Shown one piece after another: positions 19,635-28,766 of a stretch of 41,874 bases of DNA (positions within the stretch are counted from its first letter, which is position 1; the number at the start of each line of letters is the position of its first letter). The stretch lies in sequence record NZ_CP083837.1; one strand, written 5' to 3'. The DNA comes from a plasmid. The notes beneath the pieces were generated by a model. That model ran no database searches. It worked only from the letters and a program-made list of their open reading frames with translations, and was not told the DNA's origin. The position numbers were made by a program, and so were the translations under genes.

Positions 19635-19730
19635 TCAATCGATGAACTGGCGGATCAGTTCCAGAATAGCAATCAGCGCGTTTGCCAGCGCCGCTACCGC
19701 TCTAAGAACGATGATTAACAGATTAATCAT
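19635..19730 (-). CDS. Candidate 31-aa hydrophobic peptide (MINLLIIVLRAVAALANALIAILELIRQFID) with a GGAGA Shine-Dalgarno. Possible type I toxin-like small protein.
   Basis: Hand-translated. Single predicted TM helix. SD 5 nt upstream of the ATG. Lies in a ~750-bp non-coding stretch. Confidence 0.25.
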   Translation of the reverse strand: MINLLIIVLRAVAALANALIAILELIRQFID

Positions 19731-19806
19731 CCGGTTCTCCAGATAAGCTGGAGGAAATCACCGTTGCTTACTCATACACTGCCTGTCACAACGGTTCTCT
19801 CGCATT

Positions 19807-19844
19807 GTTAGATGTAGAGTGACTTCCTCCTGCCAGAGCACCAA
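19807..19844 (+). repeat. Direct repeat unit 1 (GTTAGATGTAGAGTGACTTCC...GCCAGAGCACCAA), ~38 bp. Partner at 20048-20084.
   Basis: 21/21 plus 13/13 identical blocks. Copies are 241 bp apart. Confidence 0.7.
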
Positions 19845-19984
19845 ACACAGCACCACCTGTTTGTTCAGCCAGGACTTTTGAAACTATTCATACCCGCCGG
19901 AACGGGGAAGGGCAGGGAGGCCACTTACAGAGCTAACCCCGCAATTATACCGATCTGCTGGCGAAACTCATGCTGTAATTCAGT

Positions 19985-20007
19985 CAGTTGACAACTTGTG
20001 TCAACTG
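19985..20007. promoter_or_regulatory. Perfect 9-bp-arm palindrome CAGTTGACA-acttg-TGTCAACTG (contains TTGACA on both strands), followed by TGTGTCAA repeats
   Basis: Seen directly. Operator-like dyad between the two 38-bp repeats. Confidence 0.45.
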
Positions 20008-20047
20008 CCACTGGACAGCCTGTGTCAAGTGCCATAATATTATGGGT

Positions 20048-20084
20048 GTTAGATGTAGAGTGACTTCCCCGGCCAGAGCACCAA
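20048..20084 (+). repeat. Direct repeat unit 2, lying ~20 bp upstream of a bidirectional terminator
   Basis: See unit 1. Confidence 0.7.
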
Positions 20085-20100
20085 CTCCGAACCGGAAAAC

Positions 20101-20133
20101 AAAAAAGCCCGATCTCACCAGTCGGGCTTTTTT
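20101..20133. terminator. Bidirectional rho-independent terminator (A6, GCCCGA, loop, TCGGGC, T6)
   Basis: 6-bp GC stem flanked by an A-run and a T-run. About 130 bp downstream of the RHH gene on the minus strand. Confidence 0.6.
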
Positions 20134-20266
20134 GCGTCTGAAACAGCGTGCGCTACGTGAAATCTGAGTTCGAGTGAAGGGAGGTTAATCCCGATTTTTT
20201 AAACTGAAGCGTCGCCATCCCCCGTGAAAGAAAGCCCCCAACTACGCCCTGACAAAACTGATGATA

Positions 20267-20527
20267 TTAACTTTTGCCGTTGTCGGCCAGCTCGAACATA
20301 GTATTCAGGCTGGAACGGAATTGATTCACCGATGATACTAGCTCCTGACTCCGCGCTTTTTCTTGCGCTAGTGAGCGCCTGAGCTGCGTTATCTCGTCTC
20401 TGTTACGCTGAAGCTCAAGGATGGCTGTCATAAAGGCTTTACTGGCTGACGCCATTCCGGTAACCTCCTGCGCCTTTCTGATAACCTGATCTTCATCGTC
20501 ATTTGTTCTGATGGTGTAATGCCCCAT
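20267..20527 (-). CDS. Ribbon-helix-helix-like DNA-binding protein with C-terminal coiled coil, 86 aa
   Basis: N-terminal beta-strand/helix pattern HYTIRTNDDEDQVIRKAQE...ASKAFMTAILELQRN typical of the Arc/MetJ/CopG fold. Confidence 0.5.
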   Translation of the reverse strand: MGHYTIRTNDDEDQVIRKAQEVTGMASASKAFMTAILELQRNRDEITQLRRSLAQEKARSQELVSSVNQFRSSLNTMFELADNGKS

Positions 20528-20637
20528 AGAAAACCTCTTTTGCTGTCATTTTTATCACGCCGGCACGAATCCGGAAGAAAGATTTGCTGGCAAAAAATCG
20601 ATGGCCAACTGCTGCGGTCGTAGAATTTTGCTGGCAC

Positions 20638-21486
20638 TTAGCTTTCTCTGAAAGCTTGTTCACAATCTCCGCAATGGATATTCAGCCCGGCCTTACCCCA
20701 CACAGCAGCACCGCACCCCGGACACTGATATTTTGCCTTGTTCCGTTTAGGCTTGTCCTCAAACGCCGCAACAAAGGACGTATTGCTCCCGGCTATAACT
20801 TCTGAATCTGCGTTCCCGTTCTGTGGCGTCACTGACGGTAACAGAGCCATTGACAGCACCGCTTCAATATCAATGCCGGAGCCTGCATTCTGATGCGCCT
20901 GAGCCAGCGTTTCCCGCCATTGTTCGATAACGGCGGTCATGTCTTTCTGTTGTTCAACCTGAACGGGGAAGCGGTCAAACCAGCTCAACGCAAATTGCCC
21001 CTGAAACAGTTCCAGTGTGACAAGCTGGAAGCGACCGCCGGGGATCGGATAGTCGTTAATTTTCTGGCCGACTTTCGCGCCACCAGGTCTCCCGGTGGAA
21101 GAGGGCATTAGTCCGATGCTTTCCATTTTGGCCGCCCACTGCGCATTGTGGTACGTCTTGCGGGAAGGGTTACCAAAGTGAAATTGCCACATATGACACT
21201 GTTCATGAACCAGAGTCTGCATAACTTCAATAAGCGGATATGCCGGAAAATACTCAGGATTCAGGGCAATCTCATCAATCATTTTGCCGCTGCCATCAGC
21301 AGCAACAAAACGTCTGAAGCTGAAATAGCCCATCGTGTTTTTACCGCGCTGGAAGGTGATCAGGCAGTCGGGAAGTTCGCCGTTAAACAGCCTCTGATTG
21401 TAGAAATCAAACGCCTGCTGTAGCTCGTTGTAAGCGCGTTCTGTGGCTCTGGTCATTATCAGGACTCCTGAAAGACTACCCAGCAT
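20638..21486 (-). CDS. mpr: SprT-like zinc metallopeptidase with C-terminal zinc ribbon (Mpr-like), ~272-282 aa
   Basis: HEQCH (HExxH) motif in an SprT-like core. C-terminal CPGC...CGDC zinc ribbon. An mpr gene is known at this backbone position in IncX-type plasmids. The start may be the internal MTRATERAY (21456). Confidence 0.7.
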   Translation of the reverse strand: MLGSLSGVLIMTRATERAYNELQQAFDFYNQRLFNGELPDCLITFQRGKNTMGYFSFRRFVAADGSGKMIDEIALNPEYFPAYPLIEVMQTLVHEQCHMWQFHFGNPSRKTYHNAQWAAKMESIGLMPSSTGRPGGAKVGQKINDYPIPGGRFQLVTLELFQGQFALSWFDRFPVQVEQQKDMTAVIEQWRETLAQAHQNAGSGIDIEAVLSMALLPSVTPQNGNADSEVIAGSNTSFVAAFEDKPKRNKAKYQCPGCGAAVWGKAGLNIHCGDCEQAFRES

Positions 21487-21692
21487 TTAGCGCCGTCATA
21501 GTCATTCCCGCCCTCGGCAATAAACATATTACCTTCGGCATCGACGGCAATTGCTCCTGGGCGTTCATGCTGTGGATCGCGGAGAACGTTTTTCCAGCCA
21601 TACGCCTCGCCATCCCATATAAGCACAACACCGGAATCAGCATGTTCCTGATTCCGCTGACGCCATACCTTTGCTATTCCGACATGATCCAT
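21459..21692 (-). CDS. Hypothetical protein, ~77 aa (start MDHVGIAKVW; the longer ORF begins at 21755)
   Basis: ORF with a GGGTGAG Shine-Dalgarno-like sequence. A 22-bp palindrome lies just upstream. Confidence 0.45.
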   Translation of the reverse strand: MDHVGIAKVWRQRNQEHADSGVVLIWDGEAYGWKNVLRDPQHERPGAIAVDAEGNMFIAEGGNDYDGAKCWVVFQES

Positions 21693-21704
21693 ATGCTCAC
21701 CCTT

Positions 21705-21726
21705 ATCTGTATTGTACGATACAGAT
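21705..21726. promoter_or_regulatory. 22-bp near-perfect palindrome ATCTGTAT-tgtacg-ATACAGAT directly upstream of the SD of the 77-aa gene
   Basis: Perfect 8-bp arms. Operator-like position. Confidence 0.45.
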
Positions 21727-21761
21727 AAAATATAGTAGCCCGAAACCGAATGCAATCATTT

Positions 21762-21858
21762 TTTGCTGGCATTTTTGGTCGCCGACTGGCATCGAGAAAG
21801 GAATTATGCTGGCATTATTGCGCGGCCGCATCAGCTGCAGAAGGTATCTTTGCTGGCA
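21762..21858. promoter_or_regulatory. Phased array of four (T)TGCTGGCA motifs (21762, 21784 variant GACTGGCA, 21805, 21849), spaced 22, 21 and 44 bp
   Basis: Motif copies read directly. Helical-turn-multiple spacing suggests a binding-site array. The same motif recurs at 5283, 20584 and 20627. Confidence 0.5.
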
Positions 21859-21903
21859 GGATTAAGGAAGCCTCCGGTACAGAGGCTTGAGGGGGGAAAC
21901 GAC

Positions 21904-22173
21904 TCAACGCTTTTTCGCCCACGTTTTTTCATCATCGGTGAGCTGTTCTTTATGCAAGTAATCTCCGGGAACTGGAGGCGGCGTTACCAGCTTAGGATGC
22001 CCTGTATCGATATCGCGAACAGTCACCAGTCCGACAATATCCCCATTTTCTTTTAGCGCCCATGCAGCAAGCTGGTATACGGTCGATTCGCCATGCTCAC
22101 CGGGGACATTATCATGCCTGAAATACCAGTCTGTTGCCGGGATGATTTGTTTGTAGGGTGATAAGTCACTCAC
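21904..22173 (-). CDS. Hypothetical protein, 89 aa
   Basis: ORF, no recognised domain. Confidence 0.45.
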   Translation of the reverse strand: MSDLSPYKQIIPATDWYFRHDNVPGEHGESTVYQLAAWALKENGDIVGLVTVRDIDTGHPKLVTPPPVPGDYLHKEQLTDDEKTWAKKR

Positions 22174-22221
22174 GTTTTAATCTCCTTAAAACCCTCCGCA
22201 CAACCTGGAGGGCTTATAAAG

Positions 22222-22677
22222 TTACTGTTTATCGTCAGCAGAACCAGACGGCTCTTTCTTGATAAGAAAATCGTCCAGAGAACGGCCAGCCTTTAACGCT
22301 TCATCAATCGGTTTTGGCGAACGTCCACGGCCAGACCAGAATTTAACTTCGCCATTTTCTTCAAACTGATACTTTGGCGGTGCTTTCGGCAATTTACTCT
22401 TACGTGCATTTGGCGCATCGTCGGTCAGACCAAGCAACTCTTCAGGAGAAAAACCTTCCCCAGCGATGAGCTGAAGCAATTCCTGACGTTTTTTCTCACG
22501 TTCCTGACGTTCTGCGGCTTCACGTTCAGCATCTTCTCGCCGCTCTTCGATAACAGCGTTCAACTTTTCCTGCATTTCCAGCAGTTGCTCAAAGCTCGTT
22601 TCACGCGCAAAGACACGGACAGAACGAATATTCGTCAGAAGTCTTCGGGCTGCATCAAACGTTTCATTATCGCTCAT
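22222..22677 (-). CDS. hns: Plasmid-encoded H-NS-like nucleoid protein, 151 aa
   Basis: C-terminal DNA-binding motif KFWSGRGRSPKPIDEALKAGRSLDDFLI (H-NS TWTGQGRTP...SLDDFLI). N-terminal coiled coil. Confidence 0.85.
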   Translation of the reverse strand: MSDNETFDAARRLLTNIRSVRVFARETSFEQLLEMQEKLNAVIEERREDAEREAAERQEREKKRQELLQLIAGEGFSPEELLGLTDDAPNARKSKLPKAPPKYQFEENGEVKFWSGRGRSPKPIDEALKAGRSLDDFLIKKEPSGSADDKQ

Positions 22678-22695
22678 AGTTCCTCTCTTTATGGG

Positions 22696-22905
22696 TTATC
22701 TGACGTGTTGCCAGACTGATGCGGGGATTTTATCAAACAGTTTATTCATGATTATCTCAGCCAATCGGTGATCAGCAGCAGAATAAAATGTTACCAGCTC
22801 TCCAGCGGTAAGGCTGCGTTCATTTTTTTCTATAACTTTCTCTAAGGTTTCCCGGTGTTGGCACTTTCTTAACTGGAAAAGCCAGTCTTGTCTGGTTTTC
22901 ACCAT
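22696..22905 (-). CDS. hha: Hha/YmoA-family H-NS co-regulator, 69 aa
   Basis: [17 protein letters not shown]...[26 protein letters not shown] closely parallels E. coli Hha. Confidence 0.85.
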   Translation of the reverse strand: MVKTRQDWLFQLRKCQHRETLEKVIEKNERSLTAGELVTFYSAADHRLAEIIMNKLFDKIPASVWQHVR

Positions 22906-25226
22906 TATTTTTTCCTGAACTCAAAACCAAGTTTGCCTGTAGATTTATCCTGCAAGGTAACTACAGCGTCAAATTTTTTCCCGGCTTTGCTGGTAAACCC
23001 TTTAATCTCGCTGGTTTTACCTTTTTTTATCACCGTTTCAACCTGATTTTGTGTCAGTTTCTTGCCGGAAAACTCAGACCAGATTTTAAACTCACACCCC
23101 GTACAGAAAAAGCCTTTTGGCCTGATTAAAATCTCTTTGTTACAGGAAGGGCAGGGGACACCAAGACGGGCGCTTGCCCCCTCAGAAGCCTGTTTCTCTG
23201 TAACAGGTTCTCCATCTTTATCCGGGAATGATGTTTTACACTCAGGATAACATGAGCACCCCCAGAAAAAGCCATTCTGCCCCTTACGTTTGCGCAGAAA
23301 ACCTTTGCTACAGACAGGGCAGGGCGTGGCATTAGACGAAATGTTAATCCCGTTTTTATCCAGATCGTCGATTAAACCGCGAATATAATCGTCGTTGTCT
23401 CTGATAAAATCCTCAACGGTCAGTTCGCCGGATTTGATTTGCGCCTGTTTTTTAGCCCATATTGCCGATATGTTGGGTTTAATCACTTCAGGCGGAAGAG
23501 CAGCGCAGAACTCCTGCCCCTGTTTTGTTGTTTTCCATACCAACTCAGAGTAGCCCTTTTCTTTCTCTATCGAGATAAGCCCGGTATTGGCAGCCAGTTT
23601 TTCAAGGATACCCGCACGGGTAGCTTCTGTGCCGATACTGCCCCGGTCACTGCTCCCCTCGTCTTTGGCTTCAAGCGCTTTTCTCAGAGCCGGATCATCG
23701 ATAAATTTTGCCGCACTGGTCATCGCGGCCAGTAACGTTGACTCCGTAAAATAGCGGGGTGGAGTTGTCTTTTTCTTGTCCACGTCAGCCGACTCACACA
23801 GGCCGCTGTCATTAAATTTCAGAGTCGATAAATCAAAACCGCCCGTTCCGGCATCTTCGGCATCGTCCTCTTCATCATTGTCTTTACCCAGCGCTTCCCA
23901 GCCCTTTTGTATCAGAACGCTTTGTGTGGCCGTGAAGGTATCACCTTTAATATCGAAGTGAATTTTTGTTTTGTCACGGATGGCATCCGGGTAAAACAGA
24001 CCAATGAAATAGACGGCCACCAGGTTATAGACGTTCCGCTCTTTCTCACTGAGCTGAATACCGGCTCCGCTTTTCGTCGTCGGAATAATGGCATGGTGTG
24101 CCTCGATCTTACTGGCGTTAAAGGCTTTATGCTTTTGTTCCTTCTCCATATCTGCGGTTGCCGACGCCAGTTCCGGCATTGTGGCCGCGATAGCGACTGC
24201 AATATCCCCGGCCTGATAAAAATGCTCATCTGAAAGATAGCGGTTGTCAGAGCGGGGATAGGTCAGCAGCTTGTGTGTTTCATACAGCCCCTGCATCACA
24301 TCCAGCGTTTCCTTAGCCGTATAACCGTATCGTTTTGCACAAAGTTGCTGAAGCGTGGACAAGTTCAAGGGCAGCGGCGGTTTGGTATTTTCCGGTTTAG
24401 TTGTCGCGATCGTCACGAAAGCGTCCTTACCCGCTACCCGTTCGGCAATATGCGCGGCCTGTGCTTCTGAAATCAGGCGTTTTTTATCGTCGATCTGATC
24501 GCCGTCCGTTGTCTGATATTTCGCCTTAATATGATTCCCGTTCATCTTCAGACTGGCGAAAACATCGTAGTAAAAGCTTTCAGTGTGATTCTGGTTTGCC
24601 AGCGTGCGCATGTTCACCAGTCCGAGAACCGCACTCTGTACACGACCAACGTTCAGAACACCGTCATATCCCTTCTCACGGCCTTTGAGCGTACAGCCTC
24701 GCGTCATATTATAACCAAAGTCCTGATCGCACAGAGAACGTGCCAAAGCGCTATCTGTCATGCCGCGAAATTTTTCGTTAGGCTGCATGTTTGCCAGCGA
24801 TTTTTGCACTGGCGCAAGGTTGAGATCGGCAACCAGCAGCCGCTGGACGGGCTTCTTGTTTCCGGCATAACCTAAAATCTCATCAACCAGTAAACACCCT
24901 TCATCGTCGGGGTCGCCAGCATGAACAATGCTATCGGCTTTTTCTATCAGCGACAGAATAATGCGGGTCTGTGCTTCAGATTCAGGTTTTAGTTTGTACG
25001 TGGGTGGATAAACGGCTTTAATCGGTAAATCGCTGAATCGCCAGTTAGCATATTTTTCGTCATAATCCTGCGGGTCATAAAGCTCAAGCATATGACCATA
25101 ACACCAGGTAACAGCATCAGCGCCGTGTTCAAAATAACCGTTTTTCTTCTCCGTATTAGGGTTGCCACCTAATCCTTCGAAAATCGCTTTTGCTAATGAT
25201 GGTTTTTCAGCAATAAAAAGTCTCAT
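22905..25226 (-). CDS. topB: DNA topoisomerase III (TopB), ~773 aa
   Basis: [16 protein letters not shown]-terminus (Toprim). C-terminal Cys-rich zinc ribbons. 780-aa class typical of plasmid TopB next to hns in IncX backbones. Confidence 0.85.
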   Translation of the reverse strand: MRLFIAEKPSLAKAIFEGLGGNPNTEKKNGYFEHGADAVTWCYGHMLELYDPQDYDEKYANWRFSDLPIKAVYPPTYKLKPESEAQTRIILSLIEKADSIVHAGDPDDEGCLLVDEILGYAGNKKPVQRLLVADLNLAPVQKSLANMQPNEKFRGMTDSALARSLCDQDFGYNMTRGCTLKGREKGYDGVLNVGRVQSAVLGLVNMRTLANQNHTESFYYDVFASLKMNGNHIKAKYQTTDGDQIDDKKRLISEAQAAHIAERVAGKDAFVTIATTKPENTKPPLPLNLSTLQQLCAKRYGYTAKETLDVMQGLYETHKLLTYPRSDNRYLSDEHFYQAGDIAVAIAATMPELASATADMEKEQKHKAFNASKIEAHHAIIPTTKSGAGIQLSEKERNVYNLVAVYFIGLFYPDAIRDKTKIHFDIKGDTFTATQSVLIQKGWEALGKDNDEEDDAEDAGTGGFDLSTLKFNDSGLCESADVDKKKTTPPRYFTESTLLAAMTSAAKFIDDPALRKALEAKDEGSSDRGSIGTEATRAGILEKLAANTGLISIEKEKGYSELVWKTTKQGQEFCAALPPEVIKPNISAIWAKKQAQIKSGELTVEDFIRDNDDYIRGLIDDLDKNGINISSNATPCPVCSKGFLRKRKGQNGFFWGCSCYPECKTSFPDKDGEPVTEKQASEGASARLGVPCPSCNKEILIRPKGFFCTGCEFKIWSEFSGKKLTQNQVETVIKKGKTSEIKGFTSKAGKKFDAVVTLQDKSTGKLGFEFRKK

Positions 25227-25227
25227 A

Positions 25228-25885
25228 TTAATGGCTCCTGTCAATACAATCTTTTTGTACTAAGGACTGAATTTCGCCCGCTGCCGCAACAATAATTTCT
25301 TGTGCATTATCTTTGTCAAAGGCGTTAACTATTATTGATAGCTGGTCACTGACATCCCTTGCTAATGAAAAAGTATCTTCATTGTCATCATCCTCCCAGA
25401 CATATCGGTTTTTCAATAATGACTCCACGCTGCCTGTTTTACTCGTTGTTGTGCAGGTGAAAGAACCATCTTCTAATCGCCGGGTTTCTATTTCATACTC
25501 AAACACTGGCTTAAAGTTTTCCAGAGTGTTAGAAGTAAATGCAACAGCAATAACTCGCTTCCCTCTGGCGCTCATGATTTTTAAAAAAATCATACAGAAA
25601 TGAATCATTTATGTTCTGTGGAAATTCTACACTATCGAGAATGACAGTGGATTCCTTCGCATCCAGAATATGATCCAAGTAAATATCTTCATTAGTACGG
25701 CAAAGGAAATGCAAGTCTGGATAACATGTTGCACCGCACATTTTTGAAAAGTGAAAGTAACGCGAATCGGGGATAGTTGCTTCTTCGAGTAGTTTACTTT
25801 TTCCTGTCCCCGTCCTCCCATGAACCAGAACATGCCCTTGCGATTTTTTCAGGGCGTCTTGTGCTGTTTTCTTATCATGTTCCAT
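25228..25885 (-). pseudogene. P-loop NTPase gene split into two overlapping frames (25529-25885 with Walker A GRTGTGKS, and 25228-25608). The frame change sits at a T7A5 homopolymer (25575-25590).
   Basis: The two ORFs overlap by 80 nt and together would give a ~220-aa ATPase. The shift point is TTTTTTTAAAAA, so a frameshift, sequencing indel or slippage is possible. Confidence 0.5.
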
Positions 25886-25887
25886 TT

Positions 25888-26544
25888 TTAATCCTCCAGC
25901 TGAAGTGCGCCAGTAGCAAAGGCAGCTTCAACAATTGCGGAAAGTTGATGCGTTGGCATATAATCTTTGTAATTAATCCATACTCGTTTAATTTTCCCAT
26001 CAACTTCTACGGCACGCTGTCTCCTTTCATTGCAATCACTATCCAGCCATACACCATTGAATAAAGGAGAACTGTTATTCTTAAAATAGACTTTTTTATC
26101 TTCATCAGACATGCAGTTGAGCATATGCGCGAGATAACGAGATACAAGCGCGAAACTTCTTACCGTATGGTTCTTATCGTCAGGTTCAACGTTTTTATTA
26201 TCGAACTCTATAATGCCGCCTTTGTGGATTCTGAATTCCCCAAATGTCATAACATGCGCACGTTCTGGTTTTGTCGGGAATGTCCATGTAGCGTAAAAAG
26301 AGTATACCCCGCGCTCTTTTTCTATCCACGCCTCCGCAACGAAGCAAGCCTCGCTACCATCCAGACAAGCTGAATAGCGCGGAGGTACACAAAACGAATC
26401 ACTGTCGTGAGAAACAGGCTGCGTGTATTTTCCAAGAATGAAGGTGTCACCGACTTTCATATCCCTGATTGAACGCTGAAACCAGAGCGGCATACGGCAG
26501 TAACGCATAAAATCATAAACCGTCTTTATTGAACTCACTTTCAT
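25888..26544 (-). CDS. Hypothetical protein, 218 aa
   Basis: ORF, AT-rich, no recognised domain. Confidence 0.5.
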   Translation of the reverse strand: MKVSSIKTVYDFMRYCRMPLWFQRSIRDMKVGDTFILGKYTQPVSHDSDSFCVPPRYSACLDGSEACFVAEAWIEKERGVYSFYATWTFPTKPERAHVMTFGEFRIHKGGIIEFDNKNVEPDDKNHTVRSFALVSRYLAHMLNCMSDEDKKVYFKNNSSPLFNGVWLDSDCNERRQRAVEVDGKIKRVWINYKDYMPTHQLSAIVEAAFATGALQLED

Positions 26545-26555
26545 TATTGGCTCCT

Positions 26556-27329
26556 TTACCAGCCATACGGATAAGCAGGAAACGTCAGCCAGCTTTCAAG
26601 CAGGTATTCGGTTTCTTTGTTCCAGTAAAAATAAAAACCCCTGGGATTGAAGAAAACGGAATAACCGTCAATCTCACCAATTTGTTCTGCTTTATTGAAC
26701 AAAGGATTGACATAAAAATCATCTTCGAAAGAATCAGTGAGATTAGACGCTACGAAATCCTTACGAGATAGTTTTGTTATTTTGTCACGCTCATCATCAA
26801 AGTTAATGCGTTCCATTGTATGGGGATTGATGCCAAAACCTACCGTTCCGCCAGTGAATGCTCTGTGTTCAAAATTACCCCATGTAAGTTCATCTAATGA
26901 ATCGACATGTTTTTGTGTGATTTCCAGAAAGGATTGTTTAACTGGTTCCTTATCATCATAGTTAGCTTTCTCCGGGAAACTGATAAGAAACTCAGCCGTT
27001 TCACCCTTATCATGATTGAATAAAGGGTTTAACTCCTCCTCATTTTCAAATTCTTTCTTAAATGCTTCAATATCACGCACGAAACATGACATATAGTAAT
27101 ATCTGTCTGTCTGGAACAACCCTTGTAAATCTTCACCATGAAGCAAAGCAAACTGGCAAATACGATCATACAAATCCATTGCCTTTTGATAATCATCGTT
27201 AGGGACGATTAACTTTACCTCAGCCGCGCTTTCTGTCATGCCTGGTGTAACATAAACATCTGCACTTACAAGCAAGTTACCAACACATAAACGGTTATTG
27301 AAACGTTCTTTATCGGATTCAGTCATCAT
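26556..27329 (-). CDS. Hypothetical acidic protein, 257 aa
   Basis: ORF, AT-rich, no recognised domain. Confidence 0.5.
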   Translation of the reverse strand: MMTESDKERFNNRLCVGNLLVSADVYVTPGMTESAAEVKLIVPNDDYQKAMDLYDRICQFALLHGEDLQGLFQTDRYYYMSCFVRDIEAFKKEFENEEELNPLFNHDKGETAEFLISFPEKANYDDKEPVKQSFLEITQKHVDSLDELTWGNFEHRAFTGGTVGFGINPHTMERINFDDERDKITKLSRKDFVASNLTDSFEDDFYVNPLFNKAEQIGEIDGYSVFFNPRGFYFYWNKETEYLLESWLTFPAYPYGW

Positions 27330-27343
27330 CGTTTCATTCCTCT

Positions 27344-27814
27344 TTATTTACTATGCCGCCATTCCCACGGCGGCACTGGTTGACTGTCAGCCCACAGGCC
27401 GCGCTTTTGTTCCTGTGCTGCCCTTTGCAGAGCCGGTAATGAATTATCGCTGTTGTACTTGTCGTAAACCCATGCTGCACCAGATTGCACCATAAAGCGG
27501 TTGGCCTCTGTGCCGTTCGCCGTGAACACACGCCCGATAATGCGCCCGTAGCGATCTGTCTGCGTATACGTCACCGTGACGGGCAGCGCTGCAACCAGGC
27601 CTTTAAGCTGATTGGTTGACCAGCGCCCGAAAGCCTGTTTCTTTTCCGGTGCATCGATGTTTGCCAGGCGAATCCTGACGGGCTTTTTATCCTGCAATAC
27701 TTCGATGGTGTCACCATCGAGCACACGGATAACTTTTCCCTGAATTTCTGCTGCACACAACGTAGCTGGAAGCACGACTACAAAAAGAGAAAAAGCATAA
27801 AGAAAACACTTCAT
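27344..27814 (-). CDS. nuc: Secreted staphylococcal-nuclease-fold (thermonuclease/SNase-like) endonuclease, ~156 aa with signal peptide
   Basis: Signal peptide MKCFLYAFSLFVVVLPATLCAA. SNase core DGDTIEV...VRIRLANIDAPE. Similar to periplasmic Nuc proteins of conjugative plasmids. Confidence 0.75.
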   Translation of the reverse strand: MKCFLYAFSLFVVVLPATLCAAEIQGKVIRVLDGDTIEVLQDKKPVRIRLANIDAPEKKQAFGRWSTNQLKGLVAALPVTVTYTQTDRYGRIIGRVFTANGTEANRFMVQSGAAWVYDKYNSDNSLPALQRAAQEQKRGLWADSQPVPPWEWRHSK

Positions 27815-28146
27815 CGTTTCTTTTCCTCCCACATGATAGTTCCTATCTTAAACAGTGAGAAAATCACGATGATTGAAACACCAACAACTACCAACATAGG
27901 AATAATCAAGCTATACAAATTAATTGTATAATTAAAAAAACGCTCAAAGTAATAGTATTCAGATTCAGATGTACTTCCCCATAAGATAACGGCGATACGA
28001 TAAAACCCATAAACCAATACAGGGAACCAAGCCATAAAAAAGAGTAGCCGAGTAAACACTGAGGCAACCTTTTTAGAGTATCCTATGAAAATAAACAGAA
28101 TATCACTGACTCTTCCTGCTGCTGATCCCATAATAATCCTCACCAT
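27811..28146 (-). CDS. Small integral membrane protein, 111 aa
   Basis: Three hydrophobic helices. Overlaps the nuc start. Confidence 0.45.
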   Translation of the reverse strand: MVRIIMGSAAGRVSDILFIFIGYSKKVASVFTRLLFFMAWFPVLVYGFYRIAVILWGSTSESEYYYFERFFNYTINLYSLIIPMLVVVGVSIIVIFSLFKIGTIMWEEKKR

Positions 28147-28151
28147 AATCT

Positions 28152-28379
28152 TTAATCCTCTTTATCCTGTTTCTCAACGTCACATTCATCCAGAAAAATT
28201 TTATCATTGCAATTAACCAGAGAGATGTAAGCGGTACAGTTTTCGATAATCGCATTCACTGTCTCATTACCTGTATTTTTCAAATCACTTAGATTCTGAG
28301 TAACCGTTACTGTTTGAATATTATGACGTGACATTTTTAAAATCATTTTATCCATAACTAACGTCCTTCGGTTGTTCAA
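28152..28379 (-). CDS. Hypothetical protein, 75 aa
   Basis: ORF only. Confidence 0.35.
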   Translation of the reverse strand: MNNRRTLVMDKMILKMSRHNIQTVTVTQNLSDLKNTGNETVNAIIENCTAYISLVNCNDKIFLDECDVEKQDKED

Positions 28380-28423
28380 CCCCGCAAACCTCAGATTAAA
28401 ATCTGAAATTTTCGGGGTTATCG

Positions 28424-28765
28424 TTATTCCTGGAATGAGCGACCATAGCGCTGAATAATCATTTCCAGATTGTCTTTATTGATTACAGCGCCGTCACAGG
28501 TATTTAAGATACTTTGCCTAAGCCTTGCTGTGGCTTCAGGATTATAGTAGGGGGTAAAAACCCGGACATTGAAAAAGCGCTGATTAACTGTCTGACAGGC
28601 TGGCTGTGTATCCCCCTGTAATTTTCCGGCCATGCAGGTTAACAATTCACATGGATCACCCGTCTGGTTTAACCCGTCAGTGTGGTTATGCTTTTTGGCT
28701 AAAGCAGGCGTTGTCAACACAGCAAGAACGAGCGGAACTATAAGCACATTGCGAACATTCATAAT
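28424..28765 (-). CDS. Secreted Cys-containing small protein, ~113 aa (start MNVRNVLIVPLVLAVLTTPALA)
   Basis: Signal peptide. Six Cys in the mature part. Confidence 0.45.
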   Translation of the reverse strand: MMNVRNVLIVPLVLAVLTTPALAKKHNHTDGLNQTGDPCELLTCMAGKLQGDTQPACQTVNQRFFNVRVFTPYYNPEATARLRQSILNTCDGAVINKDNLEMIIQRYGRSFQE

Positions 28766-28766
28766 G

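Noticed and set aside
20627-20648. TGGCAC-N5-TTTC resembling a sigma54 -24/-12 promoter in the TGCTGGCA motif copies
   Set aside because: The conserved -12 GC is absent (TTTC instead of TTGC) here and in every other copy. The motif fits better as a protein-binding site.
21705-21726. LexA/SOS box reading of CTGT...ACAG palindrome
   Set aside because: The spacer between CTGT and ACAG is 10 nt, not the 8 nt of the LexA consensus CTGT-N8-ACAG.
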